Part shown: positions 16,609 through 23,945 of the stretch, piece after piece
How positions within the stretch are numbered: the first letter of the stretch is position 1
Layout: every line of letters begins with the position of its first letter
From: an uncultured Armatimonadia bacterium
GTDB taxonomy: Bacteria; Armatimonadota; Zipacnadia; UBA1398
DNA length: 33,355 nt
Assembly (NCBI GenBank): GCA_964497385.1
Contig: CAZCER010000001.1
Location: 1-33,355, forward strand
Direction of reading: 5' to 3'
Made by a program: the position numbers and the translations under genes
The notes under the pieces: generated by a model
The model's input: the letters and a program-made list of their open reading frames with translations, nothing else
Databases searched by the model: none
Told to the model about the DNA's origin: nothing

Positions 16609-16776
16609 CGCGAGTGTCTCCTTCGTGACGCTGGGGATGCGACCGAGGCATCTAGGATTGGCGCGCGGTCGCTCGGAGCAATAGTTCCAGCAAGCAAGGG
16701 CGCGACCTTCGACTCCGCGCGGCGGGGCGGTCGGGGGAGCGTTCCATGCGGCCGTTCGAAACGGCCCTCGCTCCTC

Positions 16777-18183
16777 TCACTTCACGATTCGTCGGACCGC
16801 CGGCTCTTCCGGCGCGGCGCCTTCGGCGGCATGCTCACCCTCGCCGCCGGCCTCCTCGCCTCCGTGGCCGCCTTCGCCTTCGCCTGCGGTCGACTCGGAC
16901 TCCGAGCCGCCGCCCCAGGCCTCACGCAGCGCCTGCTTGGCTTCCTCCGTCACCCCGGGGCAGTTGCCGAGATCGAGCGTCAGGATGGTGGCGTTCTCGG
17001 TGAGGGCGGTGAGAGCCTCATCGGTGATGGCCGTGCCGGAGAGGTTCAGATTGGTAAGAGCCGTCATGCCCGCGAGATGGGCGAGGCCCGCGTCGGTCAC
17101 GCCGGTGCGGCTGAGATCGAGATGCGTCATGAACGTGAGCCCCGCCAGGTGGGCGAGACCCGCGTCGGTGACGCCGGTGTTCTTGAGCTGGAGCGTGCTG
17201 AGGTTCAGGAGCCGGGCGAGGTGCGGCATGCCCGGGTCGCCGACGTCGGTGCTGGTGAGGTTCAGCGTGTTCAGGCCGCGCAGTTGGGCCACATGGGCGA
17301 GACCGGCGTCCGTGACGTCGGTGTAGCTGAGGTCGAGCTTGGTGAGGCCGACGTGGGGCGCGAGGTGGGCGAGGCCAACGTCGGTCACCTGCGTCGCGCG
17401 GAGGTTGAGTTCGGTCAAAGCGGTGAGTGCGCGGAGGCTCTCGAGGCCCGCGTCGCTGATCCGCGTATTGAAGAGGTCCAGGCGAGTGAGGCCGGTGAGC
17501 TGCCCGACCGCGGCCATGCCCGCGTCGGTGAAGCCGGGACCGCTGAGGCGCAGCACCGTGAGATTGGTGAGCCCCGCGATCCGCGCGAGGCCGGCGTCGC
17601 TCGTCGTGGTCGCCCCGAGTTCGAGCGTCCTGAGGTTCGTGAGGTTGGTGAGCTGGCCGAGGCCCGCGTCGGTGATCCCGCTCCCGTCGAGCGTGAGGTC
17701 CGTGAGGCCGGGCAGCGCGGCGAGCGTCTCGAGGCAGGCGTCCGTGACGCCGGTCTGCGAAAGCTTGAGCGTGGCGAGACCCGTGAGGCCGGAGAGCGAG
17801 GCCACGCCCGCGTCCGTGACCTGGGCGCAGTAGTTGAGGTCCAAGGCCGTGACGTTCGGGAGTTCGGCGAAGTCGGTGGCGAGCGTCCCGAGGGCTTCGT
17901 CATCGAACGACTTGGGGGTGGAGGGCTGCAGCTTGACCTCCTGTCCGGCCGCGATCTCAACGGCGCCGGGCGTGGTCATGAGCTTCTCCCACTCCGCCTC
18001 GGGATCGTCGCCCGCGCGGACGGACACGGAGAGCTTGAGTTCGGTTTCGACCGCGCCGCCCGGCAGAAGCGAGGCGACGCCGCTCTCGCCGCTCTCCGCG
18101 CCCTCGTCCTTCTTGCCCCTGCCGCAGCCGACCACGAGCACGAGCGCTAGAATGAGGCCGAGGCAGATCCAGCGTCGAGCCAT
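16777..18183 (-). CDS. Leucine-rich-repeat lipoprotein (468 aa)
   Basis: GGAGGGAAG SD. Lipoprotein signal [20 protein letters not shown]. Thirteen 24-aa LRRs of the type [24 protein letters not shown]. Gly/Glu-rich acidic tail [32 protein letters not shown]. Confidence 0.9.
   Translation of the reverse strand: MARRWICLGLILALVLVVGCGRGKKDEGAESGESGVASLLPGGAVETELKLSVSVRAGDDPEAEWEKLMTTPGAVEIAAGQEVKLQPSTPKSFDDEALGTLATDFAELPNVTALDLNYCAQVTDAGVASLSGLTGLATLKLSQTGVTDACLETLAALPGLTDLTLDGSGITDAGLGQLTNLTNLRTLELGATTTSDAGLARIAGLTNLTVLRLSGPGFTDAGMAAVGQLTGLTRLDLFNTRISDAGLESLRALTALTELNLRATQVTDVGLAHLAPHVGLTKLDLSYTDVTDAGLAHVAQLRGLNTLNLTSTDVGDPGMPHLARLLNLSTLQLKNTGVTDAGLAHLAGLTFMTHLDLSRTGVTDAGLAHLAGMTALTNLNLSGTAITDEALTALTENATILTLDLGNCPGVTEEAKQALREAWGGGSESESTAGEGEGGHGGEEAGGEGEHAAEGAAPEEPAVRRIVK
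16948..17886 (-). repeat. Tandem 72-bp coding repeats (13 LRR units)
   Basis: The protein periodicity of 24 aa spans residues ~100-412. Recurring DNA words such as gtcaccgacgcgggcctcgcccacctg (read on the minus strand) are visible at the 72-nt period. Confidence 0.7.
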
Positions 18184-18264
18184 GCGCTTCCCTCCGTCCG
18201 GCGGCGCCGCGTCCCCGCCCCGCGCGACGCCGGTCTCAGACCCTCTTTACCGCCCCGCCCCGCC

Positions 18265-18293
18265 TTGACCTCCAACGGCCGCCGGTGTATCAC
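18265..18293 (+). promoter_or_regulatory. Possible pdxST promoter
   Basis: TTGACC (18265..18270), 17 nt, then TATCAC (18288..18293), about 85 nt upstream of the pdxS ATG. Confidence 0.3.
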
Positions 18294-18377
18294 CAAAGTG
18301 CGGAAGCCCTTACTTCAAGCACGATCGGGACTTCACACCACTCCAATAGACACCCCGAAAGCCGGGAGGTACGCCCT

Positions 18378-19265
18378 ATGTCCGTCGAGAAATCAACCTG
18401 GACCAACAAAGTCGGGCTCGCGCGCATGCTCGAGGGCGGCGTCATCATGGACGTCACCACCGCCGAGCAGGCGCGCATCGCCGAGGAGGCCGGCGCGCAG
18501 GCCGTGATGGCGCTCGAGCGCGTGCCCGCCGACATCCGCGCTCAGGGCGGCGTGGCGCGCATGTCCGACCCCGAGATCATCCTGGCGATCCAGGAGACCG
18601 TGAGCATCCCCGTCATGGCCAAGTGCCGCATCGGCCACATCGCCGAGGCGCGGATTCTGGAGGCTCTCAAGGTCGACTTCATCGACGAGAGCGAGGTCCT
18701 CACCCCCGCCGACGAGCAGTTCCATGTCAACAAGCACGACTTCGCCGTCCCGTTCGTGTGCGGGTGCCGGACGCTCGCCGAGGCCTGCCGCCGGATCGGC
18801 GAAGGCGCCGCGATGATCCGGACCAAGGGCGAGGCCGGGACCGGCGACATCGTCGAGGCCGTGCGTCACATGCGCTCGGTCATGGCCGACATCCGTCGTG
18901 TGCAGTCGATGCCGCTCGAGGAAGTCATGGCCTTCTCGAAGGAGATCGGCGCCCCGTACGACGTGCTCATCCAGGTCCGCGAACTCGGCAAGCTCCCCGT
19001 CCCGAACTTCGCCGCGGGCGGGGTCGCCACTCCCGCGGACGCGGCGCTGATGATGACCCTCGGGGCCGAGGCCGTCTTCGTCGGCTCGGGCATCTTCAAG
19101 TCGAACGACCCCGCGCGGCGGGCGAAGGCGATCGTCGACGCGGTCGCCTACTGGGACGATCCCGCGCGGCTCGCGGAGATCTCCAAGGGCCTTGGCGCAC
19201 CCATGTCCGGCGTCGCGGTCGGGAGCATGTCCGAGGGCTCCCGCATCGCCGGGCGCGGCTGGTAG
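18378..19265 (+). CDS. pdxS: Pyridoxal 5'-phosphate synthase lyase subunit PdxS (295 aa)
   Basis: GGGAGG lies 8 nt upstream of ATG 18378. Reads [54 protein letters not shown] ... [16 protein letters not shown] ... [32 protein letters not shown]. Confidence 0.96.
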   Translation: MSVEKSTWTNKVGLARMLEGGVIMDVTTAEQARIAEEAGAQAVMALERVPADIRAQGGVARMSDPEIILAIQETVSIPVMAKCRIGHIAEARILEALKVDFIDESEVLTPADEQFHVNKHDFAVPFVCGCRTLAEACRRIGEGAAMIRTKGEAGTGDIVEAVRHMRSVMADIRRVQSMPLEEVMAFSKEIGAPYDVLIQVRELGKLPVPNFAAGGVATPADAALMMTLGAEAVFVGSGIFKSNDPARRAKAIVDAVAYWDDPARLAEISKGLGAPMSGVAVGSMSEGSRIAGRGW

Positions 19266-19286
19266 GCCCGAGGAGGACCGTCCCAC

Positions 19287-19853
19287 GTGACCATCGGCGT
19301 GCTCGCCCTCCAGGGCGACATAACCCCTCATGTACAAGCCATCGAGCGCCTCGGACACACGGCCGTGCGCGTGCGGTATCCCGAGGCGCTCGAGGCTCTA
19401 GACGCCCTGATCCTCCCCGGCGGGGAATCGACGACCATCGGCATGCTGCTCGAGCGGTGGGGCCTTGTGGATCCTCTCAAGCGGCGCGTGGCCGAGGGCC
19501 TGCCCGTATGGGGCACCTGCGCGGGCGCGATTCTTCTCGCGAAGCGGATCGAGGGCTCCGACCAGCCAACCCTCGGACTCATGGACATCGTCGTCGAGAG
19601 GAACGCCTACGGGCGGCAGGTCGACAGCTTCGAAGCGCCGCTCCGGATCCAGGGGCTCGATGAGCCGGTGAACGGGGTCTTCATCCGGGCGCCCGTCATC
19701 ACCGCGGTGGGCGACGGCGTCGAGGCGCTCGCCACCCACGAGGGGCGCGTCATCGCCGCCGCGAGCCGGCGGCTCTTCGTCACGACCTTCCACCCGGAAC
19801 TCACCGACGACACGCGCGTACTGGGGCTCTTCCTCAAGCGCTGCGCGTCATAG
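19287..19853 (+). CDS. pdxT: Pyridoxal 5'-phosphate synthase glutaminase subunit PdxT (188 aa)
   Basis: GTG start. Reads IGVLALQGD ... LILPGGESTT ... PVWGTCAGAILLA (catalytic Cys) ... FHPELT. Lies immediately downstream of pdxS. Confidence 0.95.
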   Translation: MTIGVLALQGDITPHVQAIERLGHTAVRVRYPEALEALDALILPGGESTTIGMLLERWGLVDPLKRRVAEGLPVWGTCAGAILLAKRIEGSDQPTLGLMDIVVERNAYGRQVDSFEAPLRIQGLDEPVNGVFIRAPVITAVGDGVEALATHEGRVIAAASRRLFVTTFHPELTDDTRVLGLFLKRCAS

Positions 19854-20008
19854 CGGCCAGTCGGGGCTGCGTCCGTCGGCCCGTCCGGAACCGCGCGCCC
19901 TGTAGACCCTCTCGCACCCTCTCGGAGGCCGATGAGGCATGGAATCCTCCAAGTGGCGCGGAAGCAGGAAGCGCTCCCTGATTGGGCGTATATTACGAGC
20001 ACAGCTGA

Positions 20009-20077
20009 GGGGCTCCTCACTGAACCCACCATCAGCCATCCCCCCCCCAGACCCAGACACCTACAGTGAGGAGCCCC
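20009..20077. repeat. Perfect 14-bp inverted repeat enclosing a 41-nt C-rich loop
   Basis: ggggctcctcactg (20009..20022) and cagtgaggagcccc (20064..20077). The loop aacccaccatcagccatccccccccagacccagacaccta contains a run of eight C. It lies in the 284-nt spacer between convergent pdxT and DUF1638. Confidence 0.6.
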
Positions 20078-20137
20078 ACCCTTCTTCCTCCGAGATGGGC
20101 TCTCCTGAACGCGACGCGTCGACCGACCTGTCGGGGG

Positions 20138-20878
20138 CTATCCGCTGGCCTCGATGATGTTGGCGTCGTGCGACGCGAGGACGGTGTGGCCGGGGCGAAC
20201 CACGAGGAAGTCGTCCGGGTCCCAATCGCCGGCGAACAGGGCTTCGATCAGTCGCGGGTCGCCCTTCAGGAAGTCGCAGGTCCAGCCGAAGTAGTCGGCG
20301 CACTCCTTGGTGTAGGCGCGGTGTCTCCGGCCGTCGGCGATTCCCAGGTCGACATAGGCGGCGTTCTTGTAGTTCTTCACCCAACCGCCCTCGGTCATCT
20401 CCATGATGTAGCGCCCGTTCTCCTCGCCGTACTCCTCGATGTAGGCCTCAAGCGAGCGTTCGTACCGTTCACGTCCGGGCTGCGTTCCGGTGTCGATCCA
20501 GCCCGCGGTGTACCAGTAGGTGCCTGGATGGTCGCGGAAGTACTCGGCGTAGCGCTGACGGGAGCCGAGAAAGAGGGTGATGCAGTCGTGCGCCCTGGGC
20601 ACGACCAGGGGGACCGATCCCGCTCGAACGCCCTGAATGCCGTTGCTGCAGAGGCCGTAGACGATGAGCACCGCATCGATGTCCGTGGGAGCGGCGTCGA
20701 TCGCGGCCTGAAGGGTGACGCGCAGGCGGTCGGGTTCGTTGTGGAGGCCTTGCTCCAGGAACGCGATGGTGATCTCGTGCGGGGACGGCTCGCCGAAGGT
20801 TAGGCACTCCTGACGGAGCACGTCGCAGGCGATGGCATGGTAGCGTGCGATGGTCGAATCCTCACTTCGTACGGACAA
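20138..20878 (-). CDS. DUF1638 domain protein (~246 aa; start uncertain)
   Basis: Reads ARYHAIACDVLRQEC ... FLEQGLHNEPDRLRVTLQAAID ... VLIVYGLCSNG ... VPRAHDCITLFLGS ... YWYTAGW, which matches my recollection of the DUF1638 pattern. The start is provisionally the TTG at 20878, overlapping the protease stop. The track ATG at 20947 would overlap the protease gene by 86 nt. Confidence 0.78.
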   Translation of the reverse strand: MSVRSEDSTIARYHAIACDVLRQECLTFGEPSPHEITIAFLEQGLHNEPDRLRVTLQAAIDAAPTDIDAVLIVYGLCSNGIQGVRAGSVPLVVPRAHDCITLFLGSRQRYAEYFRDHPGTYWYTAGWIDTGTQPGRERYERSLEAYIEEYGEENGRYIMEMTEGGWVKNYKNAAYVDLGIADGRRHRAYTKECADYFGWTCDFLKGDPRLIEALFAGDWDPDDFLVVRPGHTVLASHDANIIEASG

Positions 20879-22400
20879 CGGCGACGTAGTCGCGCGCGTT
20901 CTCCGCGCCACGGTGGAAGAGCACGCACGTGATCGCGCTCCCCACATAGTCGGATGACGATCCCTCGGGGGCCTTGACCTCGAGGGTGATCTCGACGTAC
21001 TCGTGCTCGGCCGGGCGGCGCTCGGGGTCGGCCGCCACCGTGCCCTCCAGGGCCGGCAGCCGTACGCCCTCGGGCGAGGTCAGGAGCGCGGCGCTCAGCG
21101 GCTCCGAGGTCTGAAGCCTCGGATTCACCAGCCGCGGCGCGTCGCCGCCCAACGCCACGCCCTCGGGCAGTCGGACGGAGAGCGCGAAGCCGTTCACCGC
21201 GAAGCTCGCGGTGTTCGCGAGGCTGATCCGAAGATCCATACGCCGCGAACCGACGATCACCACGTGCTTCGACCAGTCGAATGCGGCGTCGAGGCGCACC
21301 TGCGCGTACAGTTTACCGTACCGGGAAAGCACGTCGGCGTTCGCATTGCCGACGAAGACCGTTCGGTCGAGGGTGACGACGTCCGCGCCCTCCACGCGTT
21401 CGAAGGTCACCGTCGTCGACGTCCCGGGCTCAAGCTTCTCAACGGCCCGCGCGTAGTCCGCCGCGGACGCGACAGGCTCTCCGCCGACCGCGAGCAGCAG
21501 GTCCCAGTCGCGCACATCGGCGGATTGCGCGGGGCTCTTGTCCAGAACGCCGGAGACGAGCACCCCGTGCGGATAGTGCAGCGACTCGCGTTCGTACTTC
21601 GCGATCTTGCGGGCCGCGTCTCCGGTGGGGGGAGTCTCCCAGGTCTCGCGCACCGAGAGCCCGAGATACGGCCGCGCCGGCGGCGTGACGGGCGGCTCGG
21701 CGCCCTCGTCGAGGCGCTGATGGAGCCACTCGAGCAACTCCCGCACGCGCCGCGCGGGGATGGACATGGCAAGGCTGCCGTTGCTCTTGATGCCCCAGTG
21801 GAGTCCGATCGCCCGGCCGTCGGAGGCGAGCAGCGGGCTGCCCGAACTCCCGTAGGTCGCGGAGACCTTGGTTCGGATGCACTCGCGGTAGGCCCCGATC
21901 GCGGGCGGGTCATCCGTGGCTTGGTACACGGGCGGCCCCGCGACCAGGCCGGGCGAGAGCCCGGTGAGAGTGCCGGCGTCGTAGCCGATGAGCCAGACCT
22001 CCTGGCCGGCGCGCGGCATCTCCTCCCGCAGTTCGATGGGCTCTCGATCCTCCAGACCCGCGACACGGAGGAACGCGACATCGGCCGCGGAGTCGGCGAG
22101 GAGCACGGTCGCGGGATGGCGTGCGCCGTCGAAGAGGACCGCGAACGAGCCCTCGGCGTCCCGCGCCACGTGCGCGTTCGTAACCACGGTCTCGCCTTCA
22201 ACGAGGAAACCCGTGCCGCAAAACACGCCGTCCACAAGGACCGCGCACACCGCGGGGGCGTCCTTGGCGTAGAGGTCCTCGGCGTCGAGCGCCGTCGCGG
22301 GACCGCCGGTCAGGAGCGCGGCGCCGGCGATGAGCAGAGCCCTTGTCGTGACGCCCAGGGGCGGGCGGACGTGAGATGGCTTGGCCGCGAGAGGCGTCAA
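20862..22400 (-). CDS. Secreted trypsin-like (S1/HtrA-like) serine protease with a PDZ domain and an unassigned C-terminal domain (~512 aa from TTG 22400)
   Basis: Triad contexts are TNAHVA (His), ADVAFLRV (Asp) and TYGSSGSPLL (Ser). The PDZ-like segment reads YLGLSV ... GVLVSGVLDKSPAQSADVRDWDLLLAVGGEPVASAADY. The signal peptide follows TTG 22400 (TPLAAKPSHVRPPLGVTTRALLIAGAALLTGGPATA). The track ATG at 22565 would overlap the upstream gene by ~150 nt and add an Arg-rich extension. Confidence 0.85.
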   Translation of the reverse strand: MTPLAAKPSHVRPPLGVTTRALLIAGAALLTGGPATALDAEDLYAKDAPAVCAVLVDGVFCGTGFLVEGETVVTNAHVARDAEGSFAVLFDGARHPATVLLADSAADVAFLRVAGLEDREPIELREEMPRAGQEVWLIGYDAGTLTGLSPGLVAGPPVYQATDDPPAIGAYRECIRTKVSATYGSSGSPLLASDGRAIGLHWGIKSNGSLAMSIPARRVRELLEWLHQRLDEGAEPPVTPPARPYLGLSVRETWETPPTGDAARKIAKYERESLHYPHGVLVSGVLDKSPAQSADVRDWDLLLAVGGEPVASAADYARAVEKLEPGTSTTVTFERVEGADVVTLDRTVFVGNANADVLSRYGKLYAQVRLDAAFDWSKHVVIVGSRRMDLRISLANTASFAVNGFALSVRLPEGVALGGDAPRLVNPRLQTSEPLSAALLTSPEGVRLPALEGTVAADPERRPAEHEYVEITLEVKAPEGSSSDYVGSAITCVLFHRGAENARDYVAVVRTK

Positions 22401-22414
22401 AGGGGACCCCGCTT

Positions 22415-22852
22415 CTACGTGCAGAGAGACGACATGCGCCTGAGCCGGAGCGAGAGCATCCGGCCGATCCGACGGAGCACGTGACAGGCGATGTCCGGGT
22501 GCTCCCTCACGAGGATGTCGAAGTCGGTTGCGGCGAGCCGAGCGACACGCGTGCCGCCGAGGCACTCCACGGTGGCCGAACGCGGGCCGCCGTCCAGGAG
22601 CGCCATCTCACCCACGACCCAGCCCGCGCGTATGTTCGCGAGGACGTGGCTGCTCCCGTTCGAGCCTCTGCAGAGCACGCGGACGACGCCGTCGAGGATG
22701 AGGTAGGCGGCGTCGCCGTCCTCTCCCTCGCGGAAAAGGACGTCGCCCTTGCTCACAACGCGTTCAGAGAGCAGGCAGAGCACGCGCGCGCACTGCTCGG
22801 GAACAAGATCCCTGAACGCATCGAGCGCCCTGAGTTCTTCGGCGTGGATCAT
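22415..22852 (-). CDS. Stand-alone cyclic-nucleotide-binding domain protein (145 aa)
   Basis: GGAG lies 8 nt upstream of ATG 22852. Reads LFREGEDGDAAYLILDGVVRV ... VVGEMALLDGGPRSATVEC, a phosphate-binding cassette of the GE..ALL....PRSAT type. No HTH or other output domain follows. Confidence 0.85.
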   Translation of the reverse strand: MIHAEELRALDAFRDLVPEQCARVLCLLSERVVSKGDVLFREGEDGDAAYLILDGVVRVLCRGSNGSSHVLANIRAGWVVGEMALLDGGPRSATVECLGGTRVARLAATDFDILVREHPDIACHVLRRIGRMLSLRLRRMSSLCT

Positions 22853-22961
22853 GGGACTTCTCCACCTCTGTCGCGGCTGCGAGAGGTAGTTCGGGAGCCC
22901 GGCGCGCGTACCCTGCGGAGGGAGGCCGGCGAGCGGCCAGCCGAGATCGCGCGCGCGGAAG

Positions 22962-22970
22962 TGGTATAAT
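22962..22970 (+). promoter_or_regulatory. Extended -10 element TGGTATAAT upstream of ssrA
   Basis: TGgTATAAT at 22962..22970, 92 nt upstream of the mature tmRNA 5' end. There is no good -35. The AT island could also serve the divergent cNMP-binding gene. Confidence 0.4.
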
Positions 22971-23061
22971 GTAAGCGCCGGAGCACCTCGGACGCCTCTC
23001 AGGTCCCTCCCGGGGCGGAGGCAACTCCGCCCCTGATGTGCTCCGGCCAGTCTTGTGGATT

Positions 23062-23416
23062 GGGGGCGCATGGTCTCGACGGAGTGATGGAGTGAGGATC
23101 GCTGCGAGCCGAGCGGGCTCGGCCTCTCGTTAATCGGGCCGGCAAACCAATAACTGCCAACAACAACACGTACGCCCTAGCGGCTTAGGCCGCTACGTCT
23201 TCGGAGGCCGCGCCTCAGGACTTCCGTTGGCGACATACACTGAGGCTCACCTTCTAGTCGCGTCCGTTGGCTAGCGGGGACATCCAAGCGGACTAGCCGA
23301 TCGTAGAGCCCGCCCCCGGGCGCTCATGAGGCGAAACCCTAATACGGGGGCTATGCTTGTAGACGCGGCCCAGGCTCTCACTTCGGACGCGGGTTCGATT
23401 CCCGCCGCCTCCACCA
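23062..23416 (+). ncRNA. ssrA: tmRNA (SsrA), 355 nt, CCA encoded
   Basis: The 5' GGGGGCG pairs with the 3' CGCCTCC, followed by A-CCA. The tRNA-like end reads GGACGCGGGTTCGATTCCCGCCGCCTCCACCA. The tag reading frame is GCC AAC AAC AAC ACG TAC GCC CTA GCG GCT TAG (23156..23188), giving ANNNTYALAA. It is preceded by AATAACT, as E. coli has AATAGTC before its resume codon. Confidence 0.95.
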
Positions 23417-23619
23417 TTTCTCTTGGTTTGGCCAGTCCATGCCGTACACCCAGGGCGCCAACGGCGCGGTCGCCCTGCTTGCGTCCATTTGCGGCACCTC
23501 CCGATGCCCCTTTTTTCCGCCGAGAACCTCTCACCCGGCGGTGCCACCGACGAACCTTCGCGGAATGATGCATGTACCAGGAGTGGCGCCCGGCGCGCTC
23601 CTGGCGAGAAGGTGACGCC

Positions 23620-23832
23620 ATGGTAATGCATGACGACAAGCGAACAGCGATACTCACCGCGCTAGGCGCCTACCAGCTCACCGAACGGGACTTCCGCGAC
23701 CCGGTCGCGCGCGCGTCGGACATGATGCAGCGCCTCCGCTGGCTCGCGCAGAACGACCCAACCGCTCCCGAAGTGGGCTTTTCCCGCGAGGATCTGGTGG
23801 ACTACATCCTCGAGGAGTCCCTGCGGCGCTGA
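23620..23832 (+). CDS. Small hypothetical protein (70 aa)
   Basis: ATG 23620 with GAAGG about 10 nt upstream. GC3-rich codons. Plausible helical sequence MVMHDDKRTAILTALGAYQLTERDFRDPVARASDMMQRLRWLAQNDP... I recognise no family. Confidence 0.5.
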   Translation: MVMHDDKRTAILTALGAYQLTERDFRDPVARASDMMQRLRWLAQNDPTAPEVGFSREDLVDYILEESLRR

Positions 23833-23945
23833 GCGTTTCCTATGCATGCCGCCCGGCACCCCCTGCAGGCAGCCGGGCGAGCGTGCCGCCCGCACTGGCG
23901 GGGAGGCCTTATCCCACCCCGCCGGTGCGGCGCGTCGCAAGCGTC

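Noticed and set aside
16750-16766. Hairpin ggccgtt-cga-aacggcc just after the LRR gene stop, considered as a terminator
   Set aside because: It has only a 7-bp stem with a 3-nt loop and no U-tract on the minus strand. The TlpA-like gene 168 nt downstream may be co-transcribed. The evidence is too weak to list as a feature.
16948-17886. Regular 72-bp periodicity that could be mistaken for a CRISPR-like or satellite array
   Set aside because: The repeats are contiguous with no unique spacers, stay in frame and encode canonical 24-aa leucine-rich repeats within a signal-peptide-bearing ORF.
19939-20157. 72-aa + ORF and 70-aa - ORF (19848..20060) in the pdxT/DUF1638 spacer
   Set aside because: Neither has an SD. 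Both are Ser/Pro/Arg-rich low-complexity translations that cross the 14-bp inverted repeat. The region is better explained as non-coding structure.
22415-22852. Reading the stand-alone cNMP-binding gene as a Pycsar/CBASS-type anti-phage effector module
   Set aside because: No nucleotide cyclase, CD-NTase, TIR, pore-forming or nuclease partner is present in the window. The adjacent protease carries a signal peptide and so sits in a different compartment from a cytoplasmic sensor. The idea is kept only as an unexplained operon.
23271-23657. Minus-strand ORFs of 128 and 112 aa, and the + ORF 23326..23568
   Set aside because: They overlap the 3' half of the tmRNA gene, whose identity is unambiguous. 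Their composition is also implausible.
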